A stretch of DNA of 64,000 nucleotides from Candidatus Omnitrophota bacterium (GCA_043813915.1 JBDRKO010000001.1:835-64834); one strand, 5' to 3'. Shown: positions 28,034 to 38,424, counted from the first letter of the stretch. Program-made: numbers and translations. The notes: generated by a model not told the origin, from the sequence alone.

Positions 28034-28831
28034 TCAGAAACAGCGGGGTTCATCGGGGAACTCGCCCGATAAGGTCTCCTTTCTGAAAGATTCTACAGCA
28101 CGTTTGATGAGCGGGGCGATATTAGCGTACTGTTTGACGAATTTAGGAGGGGTTTTGTCCTGATATCCTATAATATCGTGTGTAACAAGGACCTGTCCGT
28201 CGCAATCCGGACCCGCCCCTATTCCGATAGTAGGTATCCCGATCTTCCGCGTTATCTTTTTAGCGAGCTCTCTCGGGACACATTCCAGGACCAGAGCGAA
28301 ACATCCGCTTTTTTCGAGCGCGACGGCATCGGCGATAATATGTTCGGCAGTTTCAGTAGACCTACCCTGTACTTTATATCCGCCGGAAGCATTAACGCTC
28401 TGCGGCAGAAGGCCCAGGTGCCCCAGAACAGGTATCCCCGCTCCTATTATGGCTTTCATTCTGGGCAGAGAGCTCTCTCCCCCTTCCACCTTTACCGCTT
28501 CCGCCCCGCCCTCTTTCACAAAACGTCCCGCATTGCGGACAGCGTCCTCGTCCGAGGACTGGTATGACATGAACGGCATGTCTCCTATCAGGAACGCACT
28601 TTCTACACCGTTCCTTACCGCTTTTACGTGATGGATCATATCGTCCATCGTCACTTTCAGAGTCGAGCCGTAACCCAAAAGCACCATACCCAGAGAGTCT
28701 CCCACGAGTACCGCGTCTATCCCGGCGGCGTCTATTAGGCGCGCCATGGGAAAGTCGTACGCGGTAAGCATCGTGATCTTTTCTCCGAGCTCTTTTTTTC
28801 TTTTAAAATCCAGTACCGTGACCTTTTTCAT
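28034..28831 (-). CDS. panB: 3-methyl-2-oxobutanoate hydroxymethyltransferase (ketopantoate hydroxymethyltransferase)
   Basis: 265 aa; MLTAYDFP...VGDSLGMV PanB signature. Confidence 0.9.
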   Translation of the reverse strand: MKKVTVLDFKRKKELGEKITMLTAYDFPMARLIDAAGIDAVLVGDSLGMVLLGYGSTLKVTMDDMIHHVKAVRNGVESAFLIGDMPFMSYQSSDEDAVRNAGRFVKEGGAEAVKVEGGESSLPRMKAIIGAGIPVLGHLGLLPQSVNASGGYKVQGRSTETAEHIIADAVALEKSGCFALVLECVPRELAKKITRKIGIPTIGIGAGPDCDGQVLVTHDIIGYQDKTPPKFVKQYANIAPLIKRAVESFRKETLSGEFPDEPRCF

Positions 28832-28847
28832 TTTTCACCCGCGCTTT

Positions 28848-29723
28848 TTATAGACCTGCCGTATCTATTATCCTTGATACAAGGTGGTTCGCTTTTATCG
28901 GCATGAAATGTATACCGTCGCACATTCCCCGTATAGCGTCGGCAATATCCCGAGCTATCGCTACGGATTCTTTTTCCACATCACCGGCTTTATCCAGTTT
29001 TTCGACTACCGTCTCAGGGATAATTACCCCGGGAATGTTCGCATTCATATAACGCGCCATTCTTGCGGACTTCAAAGGAACAATACCTCCCAATATCTTC
29101 ACCTTGCTCCTGATATGCTTGATGCTCTTCAGAAATCTGTCAAATATCACGGGGTCGAATATGGCCTGTGTTTGAAAGAATTCCGCTCCTTCCGCCGCTT
29201 TTTTTTCCATCTTGATGATCTCCGGTTCCAAAGGATCCGCCCCCGGATTGACGACGGCCCCGACGTATATATCGACAGCCGCATCCAATGCGTTGCCCGA
29301 AAGGTCCCGCCCGGACTTAAGCCCGTTTATGGCGCGCAAAAGGCCTATTGAATCAAGATCATATACCGGTTTTGCCTGAGGATGATCCCCCAGAAGAGGA
29401 TGATCTCCCGTCATCACAAGGATATTCTCGATCCCAAGAATGCGCGCGGAAAGTATGTCCGACTGCAAGGCGATGCGGTTCCTGTCGCGGCAGGTTATCT
29501 GGCAAATAGCGTCATATCCGTTATCGTTCAGCACCTTGCTTGCCGCCACGGACCCCATTCTCATAACGGCGCTCTGCTGATCGGTAACGTTAACGCCGTC
29601 CACTTTGCCTTTAACGCATTTCAGTTCTTCGAGCACACCCGCCAGAGACACGCCTTTCGGGGGCCCGATCTCGGTGGTCACGACGAACTTCCCGGCTGCT
29701 AAAGCGTTCTTGAATTTTGACAT
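28848..29723 (-). CDS. metF: 5,10-methylenetetrahydrofolate reductase
   Basis: 291 aa; MetF TIM-barrel family (TTEIGPPKG...; FFQTQAIFD). Confidence 0.8.
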   Translation of the reverse strand: MSKFKNALAAGKFVVTTEIGPPKGVSLAGVLEELKCVKGKVDGVNVTDQQSAVMRMGSVAASKVLNDNGYDAICQITCRDRNRIALQSDILSARILGIENILVMTGDHPLLGDHPQAKPVYDLDSIGLLRAINGLKSGRDLSGNALDAAVDIYVGAVVNPGADPLEPEIIKMEKKAAEGAEFFQTQAIFDPVIFDRFLKSIKHIRSKVKILGGIVPLKSARMARYMNANIPGVIIPETVVEKLDKAGDVEKESVAIARDIADAIRGMCDGIHFMPIKANHLVSRIIDTAGL

Positions 29724-29740
29724 AATATTCGTCTCTCCAT

Positions 29741-29830
29741 AAAAAAGGTCTGCTGAGTAAAGTTACCTGAAACCAGTTACCGGTTGCCAGACCAAAACAG
29801 TCTAAAAGTCGAAGGTCTAAAGGTCTAAAG
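29741..29830. repeat. Family C element, short copy
   Basis: ctgagtaaagttacctgaaaccagttaccggtt...agtctaaaagtcgaaggtctaaaggtctaaagacccgttgagc. Confidence 0.65.
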
Positions 29831-30697
29831 ACCCGTTGAGCTCAAATGCTGCGCTTTATGTGCCCGGAAAACATTTCTCATCAAGATGGATACCGTTACA
29901 GGCCCCACTCCTCCGGGTACGGGAGTTATGACCGACGCCTTTTTCTCAACTTCTGAAAAGGCCACGTCCCCCACTATCTTGTCCTCCACCATGTTTATGC
30001 CGACATCTATGACAACTGCCCCTTCGGAGACCCACTCACCTTTGATCATTTCGGGACATCCGACCGCCACTACCAGCACATCAGCCCTTCCGACATGCTC
30101 GGATAAATAACCTTTTTCTGATGTAGCTATATTGCACACCGTTGTCGTAGCCATCTCGTTCAGCATCAGGAGACTTAAAGGTTTTCCGACTACCGCGGAC
30201 CCTCCGACTATTACCACTTCTTTACCGTAAAGGTCTATCTTTTCCGCGCTTAATATCTTCATTACAGCGCCCGGAGTACATGCTACAAGATCGGCTTCAT
30301 GACGCAATATTTTGCCCAGGTTGTAAGGATGCAGCCCTTCGGCATCTTTTCGGGGATCGATCGCGGCTATTATCCTATCATGGTCAATGTTTTCCGGTAC
30401 GGGTTTCTGTACGATTATCGCGGTGACGAAGATATCCTTATTGAGTTTTTCTATTTCCCGGATCAGATCTTCTTGTGACAGATCGGCTTCAAGCCGTATA
30501 TCCTCAAAATCTATACCGACTTTTTCCGCGGTACGTTTCTGCATATTAACGTATATTTCGGCGTCTTTGGGGCTACCAAGGGTCAACGACGCAAGTTTCG
30601 GAACGCGTCCTACGGCCGCGGAAATTTCCTTGATACGTTTTTTCACGGATTCGTTGATCTCTGCCGCGATCTTTTTCCCGTCAATGATCTTTGCCAT
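29825..30697 (-). CDS. folD: Bifunctional methylenetetrahydrofolate dehydrogenase/methenyltetrahydrofolate cyclohydrolase
   Basis: 290 aa; FolD signatures (TPGAVMKIL, VVIVGGSAVVGKPLSLLM). Confidence 0.9.
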   Translation of the reverse strand: MAKIIDGKKIAAEINESVKKRIKEISAAVGRVPKLASLTLGSPKDAEIYVNMQKRTAEKVGIDFEDIRLEADLSQEDLIREIEKLNKDIFVTAIIVQKPVPENIDHDRIIAAIDPRKDAEGLHPYNLGKILRHEADLVACTPGAVMKILSAEKIDLYGKEVVIVGGSAVVGKPLSLLMLNEMATTTVCNIATSEKGYLSEHVGRADVLVVAVGCPEMIKGEWVSEGAVVIDVGINMVEDKIVGDVAFSEVEKKASVITPVPGGVGPVTVSILMRNVFRAHKAQHLSSTGL

Positions 30698-30706
30698 ATT
30701 GCCCTT

Positions 30707-31288
30707 TCAGATAGACGCCAGTATCTCTTTTTCCGCCTCAAAAATAAGTTCTTTGTCCTTATTAAGAGAGTCTCGCGTCGCTTTTATAAAATCTTTATCT
30801 TTGATGAACTTCAGGTTTACCTCGACATTAAGCTCCGCCGAGAAAAACGCGCCTTTTAGCATATGCAGAGCGCAGGCAATATCGCTTTTGAGCCTAGGGT
30901 TGACATGCGGCATGATCGACCGCGACGTATTCAGGGCGCTTACGCAGGCCGCGGAGATCTTAAGCGGGACGGAAGCGGAGGCTTTGTACGCGTCTTCCGC
31001 GTCTTTTTTTTCGGACAGCATTACCATCAACTCGCTGAAGACCCTGCAATCCTCGTCAATAAGCTCTTCCAGAACGCTAAGCACCGCTTCCTGATCATCC
31101 TTCAGTCCGGAAAGCACCGCTTCACTTTCCGCGTGTTTTACGCTGTATCGGATGACCATCAGGCTGAGCGCAACACCCAAAGCGGCGTTAAGTGCCGCCG
31201 CGCTTCCTCCTCCCGGCGCCATTTTTCGGTCGGAAAGGTCCTCGAGATAATGCTCTATGCTTCCCTTAAGATATTCGGTCGAGTACAT
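30707..31288 (-). CDS. fchA: Cyclodeaminase/cyclohydrolase family protein (methenyl-THF cyclohydrolase FchA-like)
   Basis: 193 aa; PGGGSAAALNAALGVAL motif of FTCD C-terminal/FchA family. Confidence 0.7.
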   Translation of the reverse strand: MYSTEYLKGSIEHYLEDLSDRKMAPGGGSAAALNAALGVALSLMVIRYSVKHAESEAVLSGLKDDQEAVLSVLEELIDEDCRVFSELMVMLSEKKDAEDAYKASASVPLKISAACVSALNTSRSIMPHVNPRLKSDIACALHMLKGAFFSAELNVEVNLKFIKDKDFIKATRDSLNKDKELIFEAEKEILASI

Positions 31289-32991
31289 CAGAACATTCCT
31301 TTGATCTCACCGGTCTTTATGTCTATGTCTATTCCCATGCCCCTCGGCACTTTGGGAAGTCCGGGCATTGTGTTGACACTGTCGCATTTTACCACGATGT
31401 ATCCCGCGCCCGCGGCTACGGTTACCTCCTCTACCCCCAGTTTGAACCCGCGCGGCCTGCCTTTTTTTGCGGGATTGTTGGACAGAGAAAGATGCGATTT
31501 CGCCATACATACAGGCAAATGGTGCAATGCGGCCTTTTCTATGATCTCCATTTCCGCCAGGGCCTGCTCGGAATATTTGACCTCGCTGGCTCCGTACATG
31601 GATTTCGCTATGCGTTCTATTTTGTTGGTTATGTTCATATCAACGGGATAAAGATAGCGCAGACGGCTCTTTATCTTCGAAACCTTTATGACTTCCTTCG
31701 CCAGCTCTTTTCCTCCCGCGCTCCCTGTTCTGTATACATCGCTCACCGCTATTCCGTCGACTTCCAAGGCTTGCGCCCGGCGTATCACACTATCTATCTC
31801 TTTTTTCGTGTCGGATTCGAAACGGTTAATGCAGACGACTATCGGCACACCGAACATTTTAAGGTTCTCGACCTGTTTTTCCAGATTAGAACAGCCTCTG
31901 TCCACGGCGGAAAGGTTCTCTTTTTTTAGTTTAACGGGGAAACTCGTTCCTTGGAAAGGATAATCTCCGCTATGCACCTTAAGCGCTCTTACCGAACAGT
32001 TGATCACGACAACATCGGGTCTTATTTTGGACTGCTGGCATTTAATGTCTATGAACTTCTCCGCGCCAAGGTCGGCTCCGAAACCGCTCTCCGTAACAAC
32101 ATAATCGGCTAGTTTGAGAGCGATCTTATCCGCTATCACCGAACTTGATCCGTGAGAAACATTAGCAAAAGAACCCGTGTGCACAAAACAAGGGGTATGC
32201 TCAATGGTCTGCATAAGGTTGGGTTCCAGCGCTTTTTTCAAGAGTACGGCCATGGCGCCCGCGACCTTGATCTCTTCCGCCGTCACCGGCCGCCCTTTTT
32301 TGTCGTATCCCACTACGATCTTTCCCAAACGCTGTCTAAGGTCCTTAAGGTCTTCGGACAGAGAAAGTATGCCCATGCATTCGCATGCCGGAGTAATATC
32401 CACTCCCGTCCTCCGGTTAACGCCGTGAAGTTTACCCCCTCCGCCTATCGCTATATTGCGTAAGGCCCGGTCGCTTATATCAAGCGCTCTTTTCCATACG
32501 ACCCCGTCTTTCCCGAAATCATGCGGATCGCCCCTAAAAAGCGTGTTGTCTATGAATGCCGCGCACAGGTTCTGAGCGTTGGCCACGGCCGATGAGTCTC
32601 CCGTAAGATGGAGGTTGATATCTTCCGCGGGCAGGACCTGCGAATATCCGCCTCCGGTCGCTCCGCCTTTCATCCCGAAAAGAGGGCCTAACGAAGGCTG
32701 TCTTATACAGGCGAACGCCTTTTTTCCCATTGCATTGAGAGCCATGGAAAGGCCTATGGTGTTAACCGTTTTTCCTTCGCCTAGCTGCGTGGGAGTTATC
32801 GAGGTAATAAGGACCATTTTCCCGTCAGACCGGGATCTTAGGGATTCTTTCAGTATCTCCGGAGATACTTTGGCGATATGATCGCCGTATTTGGTAATAT
32901 ATTTGGACGCGATACCCGCTTTTTTAGCGATAACAGCTATATCCTTAAGCTTAACGGTCGACGCTACTTTGACATCATAGCTATAACTCAT
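31288..32991 (-). CDS. fhs: Formate--tetrahydrofolate ligase
   Basis: 567 aa; PTQLGEGKT P-loop and FTHFS core. Confidence 0.9.
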   Translation of the reverse strand: MSYSYDVKVASTVKLKDIAVIAKKAGIASKYITKYGDHIAKVSPEILKESLRSRSDGKMVLITSITPTQLGEGKTVNTIGLSMALNAMGKKAFACIRQPSLGPLFGMKGGATGGGYSQVLPAEDINLHLTGDSSAVANAQNLCAAFIDNTLFRGDPHDFGKDGVVWKRALDISDRALRNIAIGGGGKLHGVNRRTGVDITPACECMGILSLSEDLKDLRQRLGKIVVGYDKKGRPVTAEEIKVAGAMAVLLKKALEPNLMQTIEHTPCFVHTGSFANVSHGSSSVIADKIALKLADYVVTESGFGADLGAEKFIDIKCQQSKIRPDVVVINCSVRALKVHSGDYPFQGTSFPVKLKKENLSAVDRGCSNLEKQVENLKMFGVPIVVCINRFESDTKKEIDSVIRRAQALEVDGIAVSDVYRTGSAGGKELAKEVIKVSKIKSRLRYLYPVDMNITNKIERIAKSMYGASEVKYSEQALAEMEIIEKAALHHLPVCMAKSHLSLSNNPAKKGRPRGFKLGVEEVTVAAGAGYIVVKCDSVNTMPGLPKVPRGMGIDIDIKTGEIKGMF

Positions 32992-33643
32992 ACTCGCTCC
33001 TTTTTTTTCTGCCTCGGCTTAAACTACCAAACGGCCCAAAAGTACTCCGATGTATAGAACATAACCCGTGTCTTTTTATAGCCTCTATATGCTCTCTGGT
33101 CCCGTACCCTTTATGTTTTCTGAACCCGTATAACGGGTATTTTTTATCTTCCTCCGTCATTAAGCTGTCCCTGAAGACCTTCGCTATTATCGACGCGCTC
33201 GCTATGGAAATGCTTTTACTTTCTCCGCGTATCAGATAGGTCCGGCTCTGAGGCAGAGCCACTTCCATTCTTCCGTCTATAAGGAGATGGTCCGGGCTGT
33301 TCTTTAATTCCCCCACGGCCCGTTTCATCGCCAGTAAAGTAGCGTTAAGGATGTTGATCCGGTCTATCTCTTCGACATCCGCTACTCCGATCCCGACATC
33401 GCACCGTTTCATGATATCCAAAAAAGCCTTTTCTCTTCCCTTGGGGGTAAGTTTTTTGGAGTCGTCTATCCTCTCCTCGAATGCCTTGTCACAAACTACC
33501 ACAGCCGCCGCTACAACAGGTCCCGCTAAAGGCCCTCTTCCCGCTTCGTCTATCCCGGCGACTATGCCGCGTCCTATGGTCGAAGCCTTCTTTTCGAAAA
33601 AGAATGTGTCGATGTCCTTATTCGGACTTATCTTTTTGGGCAA
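32981..33643 (-). CDS. rnhB: Ribonuclease HII
   Basis: 220 aa; [20 protein letters not shown] motif. Confidence 0.9.
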   Translation of the reverse strand: MPKKISPNKDIDTFFFEKKASTIGRGIVAGIDEAGRGPLAGPVVAAAVVVCDKAFEERIDDSKKLTPKGREKAFLDIMKRCDVGIGVADVEEIDRINILNATLLAMKRAVGELKNSPDHLLIDGRMEVALPQSRTYLIRGESKSISIASASIIAKVFRDSLMTEEDKKYPLYGFRKHKGYGTREHIEAIKRHGLCSIHRSTFGPFGSLSRGRKKRSEYEL

Positions 33644-33986
33644 CTTTTTCCTTCACTTTAGTGGCCTTTTTCCCGAGCTTGTTCCTAAGATAATACAATT
33701 TCGCGCGGCGGACCTTGCCCTTCTTTTTGACCACGACATTCTCTATAAGCGGTGAACAGAGGGGAAATATGCGTTCAACGCCTTCTCCGTAGGATACACG
33801 TCTCACGGTAAAAGTCTCTCTGGTTCCCGATCCCTTGCGGCCGATCACTATCCCCGTGAATATCTGGACCCTCATCTTATTCTCTTCCTTGATCTTAAAA
33901 TGAACATCGACCGTGTCCCCGATACCGAATCCGGGAACGTCTTTCTTCATATATTTGTCTTCAAGGGCCTTTAACTGTTTTTTCAT
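33618..33986 (-). CDS. rplS: 50S ribosomal protein L19
   Basis: 122 aa; typical bL19 sequence. Confidence 0.9.
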   Translation of the reverse strand: MKKQLKALEDKYMKKDVPGFGIGDTVDVHFKIKEENKMRVQIFTGIVIGRKGSGTRETFTVRRVSYGEGVERIFPLCSPLIENVVVKKKGKVRRAKLYYLRNKLGKKATKVKEKVAQKDKSE

Positions 33987-34037
33987 CTTTCTCTCCTTTT
34001 TACGATTCGCAGTCTTTGTTCGTTTGCATGCGTTTTT

Positions 34038-34730
34038 TTAATGATCTAAATGGTCTTTGTCATCCCGCCGCGCCAGCAGGTCAGGGCGCCTCTCTTTTGT
34101 CTTGGCGAGTGCCTGCTCTGTCCTCCATTTGCCGATCTTTTTAGGGTCTCCGCACAGAAGGACTTCCGGGACCTCCATATCCTTATATTCCGAGGGACGC
34201 GTGTACTGGGGATATTCCAGCATATTTTTCTCGAAAGACTCTTCCAAAAGACACTCCGCGTCCCCAAGCACCCCCGGAATAAGACGGATAACGGAATCAC
34301 AGATCATCATAGCCGGGATCTCTCCGCAGGTGAGAATATAATCCCCCGCGGATATTTCCGCGTCTACCAGGGTCCGTATCCGTTCGTCAAAGCCCTCATA
34401 ATGTCCGCAAATAAGCACTATATGTTTCTCTACCGATAGCCGCTTGGCATATGCCTGATCATAGCGCTCTCCCTGAGGTGTAAGCAGCACTACTTTTGTT
34501 CCCGGACCTTTCAACTCGGCGATAGCTCTGTCTACCGGCTCGATCTTCATTACCATACCCGGACCGCCTCCGTAAGGCTTGTCATCCGCCGTTCTATGCC
34601 GGTCATCCGTCCAGTCACGCAGATCATGTATGACTATCTCGGCTTTCCCGGCATTGCGCGCTATTTTCAACATAGAGTGGTCGAACACGCCCTCGAACAT
34701 CTCGGGGAACAATGTAAGCACATCAATTTT
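34038..34730 (-). CDS. trmD: tRNA (guanine37-N1)-methyltransferase
   Basis: TrmD motifs (IDVLTLFPEMF, GGGPGMVM); start probably the non-ATG LVKIDV rather than the track ORF N-terminal extension, which reads through the repeat. Confidence 0.85.
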   Translation of the reverse strand, partial: KIDVLTLFPEMFEGVFDHSMLKIARNAGKAEIVIHDLRDWTDDRHRTADDKPYGGGPGMVMKIEPVDRAIAELKGPGTKVVLLTPQGERYDQAYAKRLSVEKHIVLICGHYEGFDERIRTLVDAEISAGDYILTCGEIPAMMICDSVIRLIPGVLGDAECLLEESFEKNMLEYPQYTRPSEYKDMEVPEVLLCGDPKKIGKWRTEQALAKTKERRPDLLARRDDKDHLDH

Positions 34731-34745
34731 CACAAGACCTCGATC

Positions 34746-34842
34746 AGTTCGTAGTAGGTAGTTCATAGTTCGTAGCAGGACCGATCCTGCACTCCAAATG
34801 GCACACTCCGACTACGAACTACGAACACTGAACTACCAACTA
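34746..34842. repeat. Family A palindromic repeat, copy A3 (between rpsP and trmD, where rimM normally sits)
   Basis: agttcgtagtaggtagttcatagttcgtagc ... gactacgaactacgaacactgaactaccaactag. Confidence 0.7.
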
Positions 34843-34843
34843 G

Positions 34844-35083
34844 TTATATTTCCAACCGTTTTATTATGCTCTTTACCGTATCGGACGGCAATGCCCCGTT
34901 CTTCAGCCAGTATTCAACGCGTCCTCTGTCCAAAGTCACCTGTTCTTTGCCTTTTTTCGGATCATAGTGACCCAGTTCTTCCAGAGCTTTTCCGTCCCGT
35001 TTAGTTGATTTTGTCATCGCTACTATGCGATAAAAAGGCTTCTTTTTTGTTCCGAACACCTTGAGCCTCAATACTACCGACAT
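34844..35083 (-). CDS. rpsP: 30S ribosomal protein S16
   Basis: 79 aa; MSVVLRLKVFGTKKKPFYRIV bS16. Confidence 0.9.
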   Translation of the reverse strand: MSVVLRLKVFGTKKKPFYRIVAMTKSTKRDGKALEELGHYDPKKGKEQVTLDRGRVEYWLKNGALPSDTVKSIIKRLEI

Positions 35084-35095
35084 CCTTCCTCCTTG

Positions 35096-35195
35096 TTTGA
35101 GTTTATAGTGTTCATAGAGTTCCTCGAGTTTGTTGGGTTATATTGCCCGCTGCTCTATTTCTCCCAACTACGAACTATGAACTACAAACTGCTAT
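35096..35195. repeat. Family A palindromic repeat, copy A4
   Basis: tgagtttatagtgttcatagagttcctcgagtttgttggg ... ccaactacgaactatgaactacaaactgc. Confidence 0.7.
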
Positions 35196-36457
35196 ACTTT
35201 AATTCTTTCTATTTCCGCGCCCACCGCGGATAGTTTACTTTCTAAATGCTCATATCCTCTGTCGAGATGATATATCCTGGATATCTCCGTACGCCCTTTG
35301 GCTACCAGACCGGCCAGGACCAAAGCCGCCGAGGCCCTAAGGTCCGAGGCCATTACGGGAGCTCCGCTGAGCTCCTTCACCCCTTTGATTATGGATGTGG
35401 GCCCTTCCAATATTATCTCCGCACCCATTCTATTAAGTTCGCTTATATGTATAAAGCGCTCCGGGTATATCTTTTCGGTAATAACGCTTATCCCTCTCGA
35501 AACGGCAACAAGGCTCATCATCTGGGCCTGCAAGTCCGTAGGGAAACCCGGATAGGTCAAAGTCGTGATATCCGTTGCCTGCACATCGGCCGTCCTGCGA
35601 GATACTTTTAATCCGCCGGGGATCTCTTCTATCTCGGCCCCGCATTCCGTAAGTTTGTCAATAAGAGCGAGATTATGTTCGTATACCGCGTTCTCCAGCA
35701 TAAGCTCCCCGCCGGTGATGACAGCCGCTATCATATATGTCCCGGCCTCTATCCTGTCGGGAATAACCTCATGTTCCGCGCCATGAAGCTCCCGCACCCC
35801 TCGGACATTCAATGTAGGCGTCCCGGCGCCCCTTATATCCGCCCCCATCTTTTTCAAAAAATTCGCGAGATCCGATACTTCCGGTTCGCAGGCGGCATTC
35901 TCGATCACCGTCTCTCCTTCGGCAAGCACGGCGCACATAAGTGTATTGGCCGTCGCCAGGACACTCGAACCGAAGTGTCCGCCCAGATATATTCTTTTCC
36001 CTTTCAGTGCTTTTGCCGTGGCCTTTATATATCCGCCGTCGATCTGTATTTCCGCGCCCAGCGCGCGTAATCCTTTAAGGTGCAGATCTATGGGCCTTGG
36101 CCCTATGACGCATCCTCCGGGAAAAGAGACCTTTGCCTCTTTGTTCCGCGCCAGAAGCGGACCCAGCACAGAAATAGACGCCCTCATAGTGCTTACTAGG
36201 TCATACGTCGCGGTCGCTTCTTTTATCCTTCCTTCCGAGACGGTCACTGTACTGCCGCTTTTTTCTATCTTTCTGCCCAAAGAGGAAAGAAGCGCGATCA
36301 TCGTATATACATCTTTCAGGTCCGGCACATTGCGGATAACGCTCTTCTCTTCCGACAGCAAAGTAGCCGCCATGATAGGAAGGCACGCATTCTTAGCTCC
36401 GCTGACGCGTATAGTACCCTTTAAAGCCTTACCGCCCTTTATGACAAGACTATCCAA
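35192..36457 (-). CDS. murA: UDP-N-acetylglucosamine 1-carboxyvinyltransferase
   Basis: 421 aa; MurA/EPSP-like fold. Confidence 0.9.
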   Translation of the reverse strand: MDSLVIKGGKALKGTIRVSGAKNACLPIMAATLLSEEKSVIRNVPDLKDVYTMIALLSSLGRKIEKSGSTVTVSEGRIKEATATYDLVSTMRASISVLGPLLARNKEAKVSFPGGCVIGPRPIDLHLKGLRALGAEIQIDGGYIKATAKALKGKRIYLGGHFGSSVLATANTLMCAVLAEGETVIENAACEPEVSDLANFLKKMGADIRGAGTPTLNVRGVRELHGAEHEVIPDRIEAGTYMIAAVITGGELMLENAVYEHNLALIDKLTECGAEIEEIPGGLKVSRRTADVQATDITTLTYPGFPTDLQAQMMSLVAVSRGISVITEKIYPERFIHISELNRMGAEIILEGPTSIIKGVKELSGAPVMASDLRASAALVLAGLVAKGRTEISRIYHLDRGYEHLESKLSAVGAEIERIKV

Positions 36458-37148
36458 TCTTCCATCCTATTATGACCCGTTCGTATCCGTTCTCATCCTG
36501 AAAGCCGTCCACATTTATAAAACCGTTAATACGAAATTCTTCTTTCATCCTGCCGGCCTGATCGTATCCGACCTCGACGGCCGTAAACCCGCCCGGACGG
36601 AGCATTTTTCCGCTCTCTTGCGCTATGCGCCTGAGGATCTTCATCCCGTCACGTCCTCCGTAAAGCGCCTGTTTGGGTTCCGCCAGCACCCACGCGTCCA
36701 GCTTTCCGTAATCTTTCTCGGAGACATACGGCGGATTTGATATGACCGCGTCAAAAGTGCCCTCTTCTTCTTCCGTGAACGCAGAGAACATATCCGAAAC
36801 GCGCAGTTCTATCCTAACGGCCAGACCGAATTTAGCGACATTGAAGCGCGCGACATCAAGCGCGTCCGGCGAAATATCCGCCGCGACCACTTTTCCGTCC
36901 GCGAACAACGACGCGACCCCTAAAGCGGCGGCACCGCTACCCGTCCCTATATCTGCGACCTTGGGATCGGTGATCTCTTTTTCTTTCAGAAGGCCGCATG
37001 CCGTCGAGACCAAAATTTCCGTTTCAGGACGGGGAATAAGCACTCTGCCGTCGACCATCAGTTCCATTCCCATGAATACAGAACGTTTCTCTTGGTATTG
37101 TATGGGAACTTCCTCGTCGTAATCCTTCATCATCGGTCCGTTAGTCAA
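36450..37148 (-). CDS. prmC: Release factor glutamine N5-methyltransferase (HemK)
   Basis: 232 aa; DIGTGSGAAAL SAM motif and NPPY. Confidence 0.85.
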   Translation of the reverse strand: MTNGPMMKDYDEEVPIQYQEKRSVFMGMELMVDGRVLIPRPETEILVSTACGLLKEKEITDPKVADIGTGSGAAALGVASLFADGKVVAADISPDALDVARFNVAKFGLAVRIELRVSDMFSAFTEEEEGTFDAVISNPPYVSEKDYGKLDAWVLAEPKQALYGGRDGMKILRRIAQESGKMLRPGGFTAVEVGYDQAGRMKEEFRINGFINVDGFQDENGYERVIIGWKIG

Positions 37149-37149
37149 T

Positions 37150-37345
37150 TCACCGATACCCCCGGGGCTTGCTTGCCCTGCCTGCCCCGCCTGTCCCGAG
37201 CAAAGCCGAGGGGAGCTTGTCGAGGGGAGCGAAGCCGAAGGGTTCCAAATTGATCCTGCAATGTCCCGAGCAAAGCGAGGGGAGCCCCGGCTATTTTCCC
37301 TCCGCTAGAGCACGAGCCTCCACCGGGGCGAACGGGTCAAAGAAC
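37150..37345. repeat. Family D structured repeat, copy D2 (between prfA and prmC, with internal duplication of the CCCGAGC...GAGGGGAGC block)
   Basis: caccgatacccccggggcttgcttGCCCTGCCTGCCCCGCCTGTCCCGAGC...GGGGCGAACGGG. Confidence 0.7.
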
Positions 37346-37347
37346 GA

Positions 37348-38424
37348 TCAATAACTGAGTTTCATCTTTCTGTCTTCCAGCACAAGAGCCGATATCACGG
37401 CATCCATCTCCCCTTCGAGGATATTAGAAAGGTTATATATCGTAAGCCCTATTCTATGATCGGTAAACCTGTTCTCGGGAAAATTATACGTTCTTATCTT
37501 TTCCGAACGATCCCCCGACCCGACCTGCGTTTTACGGTTGTCCGCCCGTTCTTTTTCTTTCTTCTCGCTGAGCTGTTTCAGTATACGTGCTTTCAGCACC
37601 CGCATGGCCTTAGCCTTGTTCTTGTGCTGACTTCTCTCGTCCTGACAGCTGACGACTATCCCCGTCGGCACATGAGTTATCCTGACAGCCGAATCCGTAA
37701 CATTTACATGCTGTCCGCCCGCTCCGCTGGCTCTGTAATAATCTATTTTAAGATGCTGCGGGCTTACGTCTATCTCCACGTCTTCCGCTTCAGGAAGAAC
37801 CGCTACCGTCGCGGCGGAAGTATGTATACGTCCGCTTGCCTCGGTTTCCGGCACTCTCTGCACGCGATGAGTGCCCATCTCGAACCTTAAATATTTGAAA
37901 ACACCTTTCCCTTCGACCGAAAAGATGATCTCCTTGATACCGTTTTTCTCGGATTCACTCAGGCTGATGACCTGGGTCTTCCACCCCTTAGAAAGAAAAT
38001 ATTTGGAATACATCTTGTAAAGATCCGCGGCGAATAGGCTCGCTTCTACCCCGCCGGTCCCCGCGCGGATCTCCATGATCACGTTCCGGTTGAAATCCTG
38101 ATATTCGTCCTCCAGGAGAAGTTCCTCTATCTCTTCCCTCTTTTTCTTCAGAATATCTTTTACCCGATCCAGGTCCTTGGCCGCCATCGCCGCGTACTCA
38201 CTCTCGGCGCCTTCTTCCTCTATCATTTTGAGCAGTTCTTTTCTTTCTTCGTCAAAGGACAGATATGCCTCGTATGCCGAGACTAGCTCTCTTAATTCGG
38301 CATATTCCTTGGCCTTTGCCGTATGTTTTTCTCTGTCCGAAAGAATATCCGGAGATGAAAGCTCTTTCTCCAGCGCTCTATATTTCTCTCTGCGTTTTTC
38401 AAGTTCCGTAAGGATCTGTTCCAT
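37348..38424 (-). CDS. prfA: Peptide chain release factor 1
   Basis: GGQ motif (SGAGGQHVN), PxT-type class I RF; start set at MEQILTELEK (the track ORF has a 39-aa spurious extension). Confidence 0.9.
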   Translation of the reverse strand: MEQILTELEKRREKYRALEKELSSPDILSDREKHTAKAKEYAELRELVSAYEAYLSFDEERKELLKMIEEEGAESEYAAMAAKDLDRVKDILKKKREEIEELLLEDEYQDFNRNVIMEIRAGTGGVEASLFAADLYKMYSKYFLSKGWKTQVISLSESEKNGIKEIIFSVEGKGVFKYLRFEMGTHRVQRVPETEASGRIHTSAATVAVLPEAEDVEIDVSPQHLKIDYYRASGAGGQHVNVTDSAVRITHVPTGIVVSCQDERSQHKNKAKAMRVLKARILKQLSEKKEKERADNRKTQVGSGDRSEKIRTYNFPENRFTDHRIGLTIYNLSNILEGEMDAVISALVLEDRKMKLSY

